Below are positions 1 through 11,312 of a DNA stretch of 64,000 bases, one piece after another. Each line of letters opens with the position of its first letter. The stretch's first letter is position 1. Both the position numbers and the translations under genes were made by a program. The DNA comes from Fistulifera solaris (taxonomy: Eukaryota). The stretch covers positions 372,001 through 436,000 of the forward strand of contig AP026144.1 in assembly GCA_030295235.1 (NCBI GenBank), written 5' to 3'. The notes below the pieces were generated by a model. The model saw only the letters and a list, made by a program, of their open reading frames with translations, was not told the origin of the DNA and did not search any database.

Positions 1-2362
1 TACTGCGCTGTGTGTCTTCGCCTTTCTAGCGGGCGTCGTTGTCTTTGTGGACCGTTACACACGTAAAGAATTGCGTCAAAGTTGTGAGGCTACGGAGCAT
101 CTATGTGAATTGTCAAAAGGCATTCCTCCGTCGGCGCAAAGTCTCGAAGACTTTGACAGAATCTCCAACGAGATGGGGCTTTCTGCGCTCTGGAAAAAAA
201 GAAATTCAAGGAAACGAAAATGTCTTCAAGATTCTTCTCACCGGAGTCACCGGGTATGTCGGGAAAGCCTTCTTATTTCAACTGTTGCGAGAGATCGCTA
301 ACGCTGAGAAGGATGCAAAGAAAAAGCTTCCTCACAAGGTCTACGTCATGGCGCGCGGCAACGCTCGCAAAAATCTCTCCGCGGCGACTCGGCTTTCGAT
401 GATTCGCGACGAGCCAATGTTCGCTCCTTACAAGGAACAGTGGGATGCTATTGTCATGGCGGCCGAGTCGGGTGATTTGCAAGACGAAAACTGCGGCATG
501 TCCAGCGAGACGCTTGACATGCTCAAAGCCGCCAAATTGACTCACATCGTTCACTGCGCTGCGGACGTGAACTTCAACCGCCCTATCCCCGAGGCCGCTG
601 GAATGAATATTTCTCCAGCTCTCAAGCTGCAAAAATGTCCAAGGAATGGCCGACCTGCACTCGATTCGTTCATTGCTCCACTTGTTTCATCAACCCCGAG
701 TGCGGCTCGGAAGACAATCCTCTTCCCGAACAGTTGTACTCGTTGGGCAAATACGATCCTCAAGACATTTATGATTCGATGCGCGGTGACCAAGAACTCG
801 CTTTGAAGGTGAAGAAAGAATTTGACTTTCCCAACAACTACTGTTTCACGAAATGCGTTGCCGAGCATCTGGTGGCCCGCAACAACGACGACGAAAAGGT
901 AGAGCTTCGAATTGTGCGTCCTGCCATTGTGGGACCTGCCTGGTTACTTCCTAAGCGAGGCTGGAACGGTGACAAACCCTCGACAATCTCGGGTGTATTT
1001 TTGCTTTGGGGAACGCGTGTCATTCGTTTCGCACCGGTCGTGACGTCTCCCATGCCGGTCATTCCGGTGGACGTGGTGGCTGCGTGCATCGTCAATGCCA
1101 TGGTCGCTCCATCTGTAAAAAAGGTCGCTGACAAGTACCCGCTCAGTGTAAGAAACATCATCTGGTCGCACAAGTCTCCAAAACAGTTCATGTCGGGCTT
1201 GCGGATGGCCAAGTCTGCCATTCATGCTGCCATGTCGATTGGTCATTTTACTACCACGGAAGCGTCAGTCTCCTACATGCTCTTGGACTTGGTTGTCAAA
1301 ATCCCGTTCTTGTTTAGCTTCCTCCATGCTGTATTCAACTTGGGACCCCTTTACCTGCTCAAGTTTGTGTGTTGGGTAGTGAAAACGGCAGGCATCAAGT
1401 CTGTCCTCGAAAAGGTCCCCGTCGTGCAACTATTTAAATTCTCGGATATGCTGAACTTGTACAAACCTTTCATGGGCCGCGTTTACAAATTTGCGAGTAC
1501 CATCGATGTGCCTGAAACGTTCGACAATGATTGCTACGTTGCTGGCCTAATTACGGCCACCCACTCCTTCTGGGTGAAAATGTTCCCAGGAACTGTGCAA
1601 GATCTCCGATTCCTTGAGTTGCTTCCCAAGGGCCGATTAGATTTCTGGTGGGCTATGACACAGCCGTCACAAACCTTCCAAAACAAGATGGTTGGTTTCT
1701 TGGCTTGCAAAATTCTACGAGCGACCTGCTCCAGTGCAGAGTTTGACTTTCACTCGGCGGACGAGGTGCTACACTTGATGGTACAATTGGAAAAGTCAAT
1801 GGCAAGCCAAAAGCACTCACTTTGCTTCGCTTCTACCCGCAAATCTGTTCTCGACTTCATTCTTGTCAAGTTTCTTGCCTTTAACTTGTCAGCCATGGGA
1901 TTTGACATCCCGACAGTGTTGTCCAAGACTGAGTTCGAGGATGCTGCCCTATCGAAAAAGCTCGATGTAGTATCACGGAACTACGATAGACATGCATCGG
2001 TCGCGGCCTTTATGGAAAGAACAGGACTCAGCAAGAAGCTAAATGCTACTGCTGTACAAAAAATTGCCCAGATGGCGAACGTCGATGATGTCATTATGAT
2101 ACCGACTTGTATGGAGCACCAAGGACTGAATGACAGTGAAGTTATATTGCAAACTGTTCGAACTAACAGTGATGTGGGTCTCAAGGACATGGTTTCCCTT
2201 TACTGGAAGATCTGTGTTCTCAAGCAGGCTAAGCCTGTGTCACTTGGCGATGTCCGAATCTCTTTCGGATCTCCATTTGAGCTGCAGGCTACTTCCGACG
2301 CCGAAAAAGTTGTTCAAAAAGTGTACTCCGAATTGGACCGCGTATCAAGCGCTTCTAGCTAA
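1..2362 (+). CDS. Fatty acyl-CoA reductase (extended SDR, male-sterility type) with C-terminal GPAT/DHAPAT-like region; 5' end lies outside the window
   Basis: Rossmann motif ILLTGVTGYVG, IVHCAADVNF, catalytic YxxxK (NNYCFTKCVAE) and IVRPAIVG. The reading frame is stitched from ORFs 47-301, 39-806 and 635-2362 across A-run indels near 193-200 and 631-635. Confidence 0.85.
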
Positions 2363-2539
2363 GGCTCGCATTGAATGAGCTTCGTGAAATCTAAAATCTA
2401 TATGTTTTCATCCCTATTATATTACTCTACTCCACTGCAATTGATTCTACGTTGGCTATAGAATACACTCAACTGAACGTGTCCTGGTTGTTCCCACAAA
2501 TGGAGATATTATTTTCCCACAGATGACGACATCACTTGT

Positions 2540-4234
2540 TTATTGACCTTGATGAAGTCCGTTTGTTCGTTGCGACCGTTCTCGGTCGCGAGCTTCTCCT
2601 GCACCGCCCCGAGAAGATGGCCCGGGTCTACTTGGGCCCCGGCCAGGTTTGGTGCTTGGACTGGTTTGCTGTGCATAATCTGATTTTCGCGATGACAATC
2701 CATCAATTGGCTGACCAGACGTTACAGCGCGCTCGATTGCATTCGCGAGCACCTTATCACGCTTTGCTACTAATGCAGTGACTTTTCCTTTCTGTCCTTG
2801 TCGCGCGGTTCTTCCGGTTCTGTGTAAGTAATCCAGTGCATTCAGGGGGGAAGTCAAACAAGACCACATGGTCTACCGTCGGAATATCAAGTCCTCGCGC
2901 TGCCAAATCCGTGCAGACCAGTACCTGGCTTTGATCGCTGCTGCGAAATAATTTCAGATTCTCCAAACGAGCAGCCGAGTTGAGTTCTCCATGGTACGCC
3001 AGCGATGGTACGGATACTTCGGAAAGTGCAAATTGCACGGCTCGGCAAGAAGCGGCCGTGTTGCAAAACACCATTGTACGTGCGGACTTTTGCGACGCCA
3101 GCAAATCCAGTAACAGATTGATTTTGTTCGAGCCACCCACATCGACAAATACTTGCTGCAAATGTGGAACTGTTTGATGTAATCCTTTCGCTTTCAACAC
3201 TTTCATTTTGGGAAGAAGTAGGAGCGGTTGATTCGGTGCCGATGGCTTGGCAGCCGAATTGGTTTGATGGTGCTTCTTCGCGCCCACCAGTTCATCGTCA
3301 CCCAGAATTTTTTGAATGGCCTGCGTCATGGTGGCGGACGTGAAGACCAGTCGCGGAGCATCCTCCTGTAAGTCCGTCGCGGGGTCGATACCTTTTTGGC
3401 CGGCTTGCTTGTGATACATAATCGGATAGAGCAATTCACGCAAATCACCCACGAATCCCTGTTCGACAATGGTATCCATCTCATCTAGTACGATATGTTG
3501 CACTCGGCTGAGATATATGTTACCGTCTTTCCAATGTTTCAAAAGACGTCCCGGGGTTGCAACAACGATATCAATGGGACGGTCGAGATCCTGTCGTTGT
3601 CGACCATACGATTTGCTACTTCCGTATAGTCCACCCGCACAAGAAAGCTTCAAACCATGACATATCTGCTTGACAATGCCAGTAATTTGCACAACGAGTT
3701 CTCGCGTTGGCGCCAAAATGATGAGTCTCGGTCTCTTGCTGGGGCGTTCGCCATCCATCGATACATCTTGTAGCTTACACAGTTGCAAGAGAGGCAAGGC
3801 GTAGGCGAGAGTTTTTCCCGACCCCGTCGCTGCTAGAAATGAAACATGATCTTTTGTTTCAATACAGCAGGAATAGCGAGTTTCTGGACCGGCGTTGGAG
3901 AAGCAAATCCGAGTTCGTCGCGTACGAAGTCCGACAGATGAGGCCACAAACCAAGACTATTCCATGTGACAGTTTTTCCACCGTCTGTATCTTCTTGAGA
4001 CAGTTTTGGATTCGTAAATGGAGCTCTACTTTTAGAGAATGCGGACGCGTCGTTGGTGGCGAGACATCGAACGCGCGGAGCAGATTGTTTCTGTAACAAG
4101 AACGTGTTCTCCGACGGAACGACAATGTTAGCTGCGAGTCTTCTTCGATCAGAACTTCGTAACGCGGTGAAGCATCGCGCCCTTCCTGCAATCATGACAA
4201 ATATTATAACCCACAGAGAGATCATAATAACCAA
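2540..4234 (-). CDS. DEAD-box RNA helicase, probably plastid-targeted
   Basis: Q motif (GFASPTPVQ), ATGSGKT, PTRELVVQ, TPGRL, DEMD, SAT, ARGLD and HRTGRTAR. N-terminal signal peptide ends ARC-FTAL. Frame shifts at about 3852-3855 (T run) and 2845-2850 (G6). Confidence 0.92.
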
Positions 4235-4390
4235 TCAAGGGAGGAAGATTGGAAAAGATCTTACAGAATGCAATTTTGCGAGAGGCCGTAATCTCTGCGA
4301 TGGACATCAAGCATTTATTTTGCACGGATGTCACGCTTTTTTTTATTGGCGACAGTTACGTGATGGCGGTCGAAGGACAGGGTTCCAGTT

Positions 4391-4412
4391 CCCCGACTGG
4401 ATTTCAGTCACG
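4391..4412. promoter_or_regulatory. Copy of a dispersed palindromic intergenic element GACTG-N4/5-CAGTCAYG; other copies near 4761, 19599, 23973, 24352, 31638 and 45452
   Basis: ccccgactggatttcagtcacg here matches 23973-23994 at 20 of 22 positions. All copies are intergenic. A regulatory role is inferred only. Confidence 0.5.
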
Positions 4413-4964
4413 TACAATCTTCAACTTCGTCTGCCTTTCACTAACGAAGACCTTTTTGTCCCCGCTAACCGGTCATTTATTCGCTGTCTGGTACATCATT
4501 GCTTATCAAGCTTATGGCATGCAGGATGAGCAACTTTACACGATAGAGCAGCGAATAAGCAACTCGTCGAACGCTACATGGGAGGACGAATATGAATCCA
4601 TTTTTACTTGCTTTCCGCCAAAACTCGTATCATTCTGACTGAAATACGAATAAACTGTATCGGACGAAAGTTTCCATCAAGTAAACGCACTTTAAAATGA
4701 TAAACTTCTCCCAAATTCGGCACCTCCAAATTGTTCTATATGCTGTTCGTTTTTCTCCAAGACTTGTTTCTCAGTCATGAGACGTAAACTATTTTTCAGT
4801 ACGCAAATATTTGTCATTCGGAGCAACAATTATTGACCCTTGGATTTGAATTGCTTTCCTAATGATCAAATGGAGTTGTTGAACGTAACAAAAACCGACT
4901 ATTTACCATGCTGTAAATAGTAGGCGACCTTTTCTAATGACTCAACTAAATGCAGTCCCGCATC

Positions 4965-5376
4965 GACCACACCCCCAGATTTTCTGGGGACAATACCAGG
5001 TACCTACGGGTAGCCGATTTCTGAAAGAGAGAAAACACCACATCCACAGATTTTCTGTGATCGTGAAGACATTACAGACCCAGATTTTCTGTGGGTGTGA
5101 AAATACCATTTCCCGAGATTTTCTGCCGATGTGAAAATACGAAAATACCACTTGCCCAGATTGTCTGTGGACGTGAAAACACCACATCCACAATTTTCTG
5201 TGGACATGAAATCACCACATTCCCATATTATCTGTAGATGTGAGAATGCGACACTCCCAGATTTTCTGGCCACGTCAAAATACGAGCTATCCAGATCACG
5301 TGAAAACACCACATGCCCTCCTTTTTTCTGTGCGGATGAAGTAACCACATGCCCAGATTTTCTGGGGACGTGAAAT
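4965..5376. repeat. Degenerate 34-bp minisatellite, about 11-12 units, each with an internal hairpin
   Basis: The core cagattttctg, or a variant, recurs at 4976, 5047, 5081, 5115, 5157, 5191, 5224, 5258, 5292 and 5354, mostly 34 bp apart. Approximate consensus GTGAAAACACCACATNCCCAGATTTTCTGTGGAC. Confidence 0.85.
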
Positions 5377-5540
5377 TCTCCGCCTCTCACAGGCTCCTTA
5401 AAACACTACAGCTCCAGGCGCCTGCCACAATCGATTTTGTTTTCCTCATTCATCACAAACAGATACGGATAGATCATTTCGCCGACAAAAGGTGCCATCT
5501 TCTTTAAATTGACTGATTACTTCGTTTTATTGCAACAAAG

Positions 5541-6086
5541 ATGACGGGAAGAACGGGCCGAAACATTTGGATCATTTGCTTGGTCAGTAGCGTCACGCTG
5601 ACATCTTCCTTCTCCGCACCAGGAAGGCGGCCGCGTAATCCTTCGATCCGACCGCCCTTTTGTAAAGAAACGAACTTGCACTTTTCGGTATCGGAAGTCT
5701 CTTCTTCAATTATCCTGGCGGAAACAGAATCTTGGCGTCAATATGTTCCATTGGCCGTCAGCGGCTTGGTGATTTTGGACATTTTACTGGGGTCACCGGC
5801 AGCGAATTCTGTCATGGGCCTCATGCGGGCTCAAGAGAATGACGATGCAGAAGATGAAGCTTCGCAATCGGGAAAACGACGAACTGTCGTCAATACGGCG
5901 GAACGGGTCGACTCCATGGCGGTAGCACAGGCAGCCATTGACAAAGCCAATGCTACACTGGAGTTGAAACGATTTCTGGAGGACCAGAAAACAGATTGGG
6001 ATAAGATGGAAGATATACGAAAAAAGATGGATCGACAAATGCAAGAGCTAGACGAGAAAATCAAAGAACAGAGGGAACAATCGTAA
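5541..6086 (+). CDS. Hypothetical plastid-targeted protein with one TM segment and a C-terminal coiled coil
   Basis: Intact 181-aa ORF. Signal peptide ends TSS-FSAP, followed by a basic transit-like segment, a hydrophobic stretch VPLAVSGLVILDILLG and a charged helical tail. Confidence 0.75.
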   Translation: MTGRTGRNIWIICLVSSVTLTSSFSAPGRRPRNPSIRPPFCKETNLHFSVSEVSSSIILAETESWRQYVPLAVSGLVILDILLGSPAANSVMGLMRAQENDDAEDEASQSGKRRTVVNTAERVDSMAVAQAAIDKANATLELKRFLEDQKTDWDKMEDIRKKMDRQMQELDEKIKEQREQS

Positions 6087-6825
6087 TCGGATCGATTTTT
6101 CCATGATTCGAGTGACGACATTACAAGAGCATTCTACAAAATCTAGCTGGCTATCATAAATTTACTATTTTAGCAACACGCAAAACGCAAAACGCAAAAA
6201 AAACTTTCAGGGACAGTATCTACAAGAAATCGTGTTGAAAGGATCAGATCGCACATTATACAAGAACAAACCAGTTGTAGACTTGAGATTTAGCAATCAT
6301 TCTATTCTGCTTTTCATTATGACTCTCATGCAAGGTTTCGTAGCCATCATCGTAGCATTCAAAGTCGACTTCTCACGAGAATGGTCCCCTTTTCTCGTAT
6401 CGAGCCCTTTGATGTGACTTCGCAAAAACGCAATGATCAAATTAAGTCCAACTAAATCGTCAAGGACACCGTTAACGACGGATTGATCATTTGGAAGCAA
6501 CACTGCGAATAGGACAAAGTATTTCACTCACAATAAGGGCCCTGGGTCAAAGAGATATTATAAAACAACGGGGTAAAGCTTGCAAATGCCGGGACTGAAA
6601 ACGAGTCAACAGTAATATACTCTAAATAAATGGATAGTTGAAGGGTCACAAAAGACTTCTACCAGGAAAATTATGACCCTCGAAACATTCTTGAACTGAC
6701 GACGACAACTAATTATTTTGGTTCCCTTGGTAAGATAAAACAAGAAAGTAGGATCGGGAACCTATTTAGAGCAAACCATTTTATTTGATTGAGCCGACCG
6801 ACACATTATAACAGCAAAAGACAGA

Positions 6826-8016
6826 ATGAAACCACAGGCGTTGCAGGATGCGATCAAAGGACTGGCTCTGAAAAAGCAAGAAAAGGGCGAATGGAAGGAT
6901 CCTTACGTGAAAAAGTACACCATCACGAAAGAAGATTATTTGCGAGAAAAGCAACGCAGCAATTCAATGGTAGCTCGGTCGTTGGAGGAACCGGCTAGTG
7001 CTCTTCCCGCTGATCCGCTCATGTTGACCCAGATGCGAGCCTTGTTGGAGCAAATGCAAGCCGAAAAGTACGACTGGACAAAGGAACGCGACAGTTTGAT
7101 GAATGAAATGGATCAAGTCCGAGCACAAATGAAGACGAGGATTGTGGCTTCCACCTCAAATGCCGATAATAACAATACTTCCGCAGCAGGAGTGAGTTCT
7201 TTACGGACCGAAGTCTATGGCTTGAAGCAAGAACTGGAACGATTGCAGAAATCGCATGCCAATGAGACGGAAGCTTTACGGCAAGAACTGACTTCGGTAA
7301 AATATAGTGCCTCAAGCACTCCATCGAGTTCTAATTCTGACAACTCGAAAAGTGAAATAGAAACTCTTCGACGAGAACTACAATCATTGCGATCTGTTGC
7401 GAGAGAAGTGAACGAACTCAAAGACGAAATCGCCAAACTCAAGGCGAAAGCATCGACAGCACGAAATGGGTCCGGTGGAGGTGACATCGATGATCTGAAG
7501 GGAGAATTGTCTCAGCTAAAGACGAAAGTGGTTAGTTCGAACGATATTATGGACGATCTGCGCAAGGAAATCGCCGAACTGAAAGGGGCCGAGGCGACGC
7601 GACCCAGTACGCCCTCGAGAACCAAGGCCTCTGTGGATCTACAAAATTCACTCAAGTCACCCCTGAAGAGAGGGAAAGAAAAAAGCACACTGCCATCGTG
7701 CAAGCCACATTCGGTACAAGAACTTTCTGACCGCCAGCGCAAAGACAAGATCTTGAAAGAGTACTTGCTTTCGAAAACGGGTCTACCGTTTTCGTATAAG
7801 AGCATGTCGATTCCGGACTACCAAAACGAGGAAGGCGAAACCAAACACTTGGTATGTTTTGACAATCGTCTTTATATTCCCAAAAAGTTACGAGACGCCA
7901 CCATGGAGTATTACGTGCAGCATCATCCTTACGATTCTTACACTGCCATGGAAAGACACTGCATTTGGCCGGATTGCGAGGAAGAAATGAAGGAATACAA
8001 GAAGAATAGATCATAA
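6826..8016 (+). CDS. Coiled-coil protein with a C-terminal segment resembling the gypsy-type integrase zinc-binding region
   Basis: Intact 396-aa ORF with heptad-rich repeats. The tail reads QRKDK...LVCFDNRLYIPKKLR...YY...HP...RHCIWP. Confidence 0.75.
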   Translation: MKPQALQDAIKGLALKKQEKGEWKDPYVKKYTITKEDYLREKQRSNSMVARSLEEPASALPADPLMLTQMRALLEQMQAEKYDWTKERDSLMNEMDQVRAQMKTRIVASTSNADNNNTSAAGVSSLRTEVYGLKQELERLQKSHANETEALRQELTSVKYSASSTPSSSNSDNSKSEIETLRRELQSLRSVAREVNELKDEIAKLKAKASTARNGSGGGDIDDLKGELSQLKTKVVSSNDIMDDLRKEIAELKGAEATRPSTPSRTKASVDLQNSLKSPLKRGKEKSTLPSCKPHSVQELSDRQRKDKILKEYLLSKTGLPFSYKSMSIPDYQNEEGETKHLVCFDNRLYIPKKLRDATMEYYVQHHPYDSYTAMERHCIWPDCEEEMKEYKKNRS

Positions 8017-8062
8017 TTCTATTTAGGAATGAAACTTTGATTTTCTGTTTTCTTGAAATGAT

Positions 8063-8922
8063 TTAATTGCCGGGCCGTCTTAAAATGAAAACGGAACCTT
8101 TATGTCCCCTCGTTATCCTAATGGTATCATCAATGTAGACCGTTTTCAGCCATCCTGTGGGACCTAGAATGCCCAACGGAATGTTCCAATCGAGCAAGGA
8201 CGACTTGATCGTAAATCGACATGCTCGAAACTTGACATCAATTTGTCGTGCATTTCTTCGATTCGGTACAAAATCGACCAACACCGTGACAGTGGCTCGT
8301 TGCCGTTTCCCAAACACATTGATGTCAACTGTGACAACATTGATCACCTGCTTCGATTTCATGTCTATTGTTTGTGTGCTTCGAAAGTTACCGACCGATG
8401 TTGTCAGCCCCGCTTCTTCTAACTTATCTTCTAAAGTGCGGGGAAGGACGGGGTTGGATCTACCTTCTCGGTAAGGCTTGATACTGTACGATTGATTCTC
8501 CAAGGGATTGATCCAAGATAATAGCAATCGGTTCGACTCGGGTGCATTGGGGTCTTGTGCCGTCCAGATGAGTTCCCACGGGCCTAGAACACAAATTGAA
8601 TTTATCACATTGTGTCAGAAGTCGGCGAAAGGCAACAAAAACGTACCGGCTAAAGCTTGCAAAATTTCAGCATCAGGCGTCGGGCATTCCTTCTCTAACA
8701 ATCGGACCGTCGTCAAGATATCCGCAGTAAGCTTCTGACTGGTAGGTGTATTCTTTGGAGCCTGTTGAAGGAGCTCAAAAGACCGTCCTTGGTGCTTGTC
8801 GTAACTTGGAGACCCTGCTGAGAAAAACGCGCTGAAGAGCAATGGCGGACGACAAAAGCAGATGCCAATGAGAGGGCGTGAAAGATGTATACCGCCACCA
8901 AATAAACAGCACTTCGAAGCAT
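8063..8922 (-). CDS. Plastid lipid-associated protein / fibrillin
   Basis: Presequence LASAFVV. The motif LAGPWELIWT is formed across a GT-AG intron at 8646-8584. C-terminus GWLKTVYIDDTIRITRGHKGSVFILRR is typical of PAP/fibrillin. One indel near 8776-8780. Confidence 0.88.
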
Positions 8923-9127
8923 GTAATGATTCTGTTTTCCTATAAGGCGATTGAAACAATGTGATGTTTAATCGACAACTGTTGTTAATTCTATTCGTTT
9001 TGTGAGAATAAATGATCGGTCCAACCGAGAGCGCAAAATAAAGTGTTCATGAATCATCATCGTGAGTCACGAATAAATCAACAGGGCAACATGCAACATG
9101 CTTTGTAGGGTATAGCAGGGCAAGCGC

Positions 9128-9156
9128 TACCAGGTACCGGTACCGGTACCAGGTAC
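9128..9156. repeat. Palindromic (GGTACC)n / TACCAGGTA tract in the divergent fibrillin-CCT2 intergenic region
   Basis: Sequence taccaggtaccggtaccggtaccaggtac. A similar tract lies at 62418-62456. Confidence 0.75.
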
Positions 9157-9307
9157 GCTGCGCTGCGCGCTTATTAAGAACCGTCCGTCGTCCGGCACTT
9201 GGAATCATCCTCATCAAAAATGGACCGCATCTTCTTTGCATACAACATTTTTGTGAATTTGTGAAAGACGACGAAATATCTCCAGACTATTACATAATAA
9301 AACGAGA

Positions 9308-11260
9308 ATGGAACAAGCATACATATCCGAAGGAACCTCTATCGATAAGGTGAGAGCCTCTTTGGTGCTTCGATTACAGGAAAAATTAGCCGTCCTGTCG
9401 TGTCATTCTTGCTTATGCGTTGTCGTCGATGTTGGTGAACTATTTAGTCTACCTGAATTCTAGATTCCCTTTTGCTATTAGCCTGTTTCAGTGTTCGAAG
9501 CTATTCGATGGAATCTCTATCTTTCATTTCTTTCACTTTTTGGGAACTGCATTGCTGTTGCCGTTATTTTTACTAATAACAAAATTTCATGTCTGATTGT
9601 CATCTCTACACGACTTTCTATAATAATAGGGCGAAAATGCACGATTGAGTTCCTTTGTAGGAGCCATTGCGATTGCCGACTTGATCAAAACGACACTGGG
9701 ACCACGAGGACTCGACAAGATCTTGCAAAAGTCGATCCGAGTGATCAAAGTATCACCATCACCAACGATGGGGCCACGATCTTGCGGTCCGTTCATGTCG
9801 ATAATGCGGCAGCTAAAGTTCTTGTGGACATCGCGAAAGTGCAAGACGAACAAGTGGGTGATGGGACCACGTCCGTGGCGGTATTTGCGGGAGAATTACT
9901 CCGTCAGGCGGAGAATCCTGGTCAACAATCGCATTCATCCACAAACGATCTGTGATGGATGGCGATTGGCGAGAGAGACTGCGCGTAGAACACTTGAAGA
10001 AGCTGCGACGAATTCATCCGAAGATACTGATGCGTTTCGCAAGGAATTAATGGAAATCGCGCAGACCACGCTTTCGAGCAAAATGCTGACTTTTGAAAAG
10101 GCTCATTATGCCAAGCTAGCAGTAGACGCGGTGCTGCGTTTGAAAGGTAGTAATAACTTGGATCACATTCAAGTACTCAAAAAACCCGGCGGTTCACTTC
10201 GAGATTCCTATTTGGAAGAAGGGTTCTTGCTTGATGGAAAATCGCCAGGAGTGGGTCAACCGCGCCGCATCGAAAAAAGCAAAGATTCTTCTCGCGAATA
10301 CAAGTATGGACACGGACAAAATCAAAATTTACGGAAGTCGTGTTAAGGTTGACAGTATGGACAAAGTAGCTGCGATTGAACAAGCTGAAAAGAAAAGATG
10401 CGAAGAAAGGTGGAAAAAATTGTGGGGCATGGGATTTCGTGTTTTATCAACCGTCAGCTTATCTACAACTATCCCGAGTCATTGTTTGCTAGTGCTGGTG
10501 TTATGGCGATCGAGCACGCTGATTTCGATGGAATTGAACGATTAGCCGCGGTTTTGGGTGGTGAGGTAGTCAGCACATTTGATCGACCCGATCTTGTGAC
10601 CCTTGGGGAATGCGATATTATTGAAGAGGTGAGTCAAGATTGAGACTTTACTTTTCTTTTTTAAGATGTGTTTTTGATTGTTTTCTGTAATCTTTGCTTT
10701 TGCTCAAATAGGTAATGATTGGTGACGACAAAGTCCTTCGATTCGGTGGCTGCAAGTCCGGTGAAGCGTGCTCCATAGTCCTTCGTGGTGCCTCGTCACA
10801 CCTGTTAGACGAAGCGGAACGATCGTTGCATGACGCTCTAGCCATCCTGATCGCTACAGTGAAAGAACCGCGAACTGTCTATGGCGGTGGCTGCACAGAG
10901 GTCATGATGGCTGCTGCAGTTGATCGTGCTGCCCAGGAAACACCGGGAAAGAAAGCTTTGGCTATGACTGCGTTTGCTACAGCCTTGCGACAGCTACCAA
11001 CTATTGTCGCTGACAATGGAGGCTATGACGCGGCAGAGCTTGTTACGGAGCTGCAAGCAGCGCATGCGGCGGGAATATCTTGTTCTGGTCTTGACATGGA
11101 TAAAGGATGCATTGGTGACATGAAAGAACTAGGGATCCGTGAATCATTTGCGAGCAAGTTGAACGTTGTTATGAGTGCATCCGAAGCCGCGGAGATGATT
11201 TTGAGAGTAGATGACATTATTAAAGCAGCACCACGTCAAAGGTCTGAAATGGGATACTAA
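9308..11260 (+). CDS. CCT2: T-complex protein 1 subunit beta (chaperonin CCT2)
   Basis: [69 protein letters not shown] and [15 protein letters not shown]. Introns at 9350-9629 and 10629-10711. Indels near 9727, 9915, 10275 and 10395. Confidence 0.95.
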
Positions 11261-11312
11261 ATGGATCATTTACTCAACTTATAATAAGACACAAGGCCTA
11301 CAGATCATCTAT

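Noticed and set aside
4249..4638. 129-aa + strand ORF
   Set aside because: Non-ATG start, no motif, and it overlaps the presumed helicase promoter.
4965..5376. CRISPR-like array (palindromic repeats of about 34 bp)
   Set aside because: The units are directly adjacent and degenerate, with no unique spacers and no cas genes, in a eukaryotic context.
6826..8016. Active LTR retrotransposon
   Set aside because: No RT, RNase H, DDE core, LTRs or PBS are visible; only a degenerate fragment is present.
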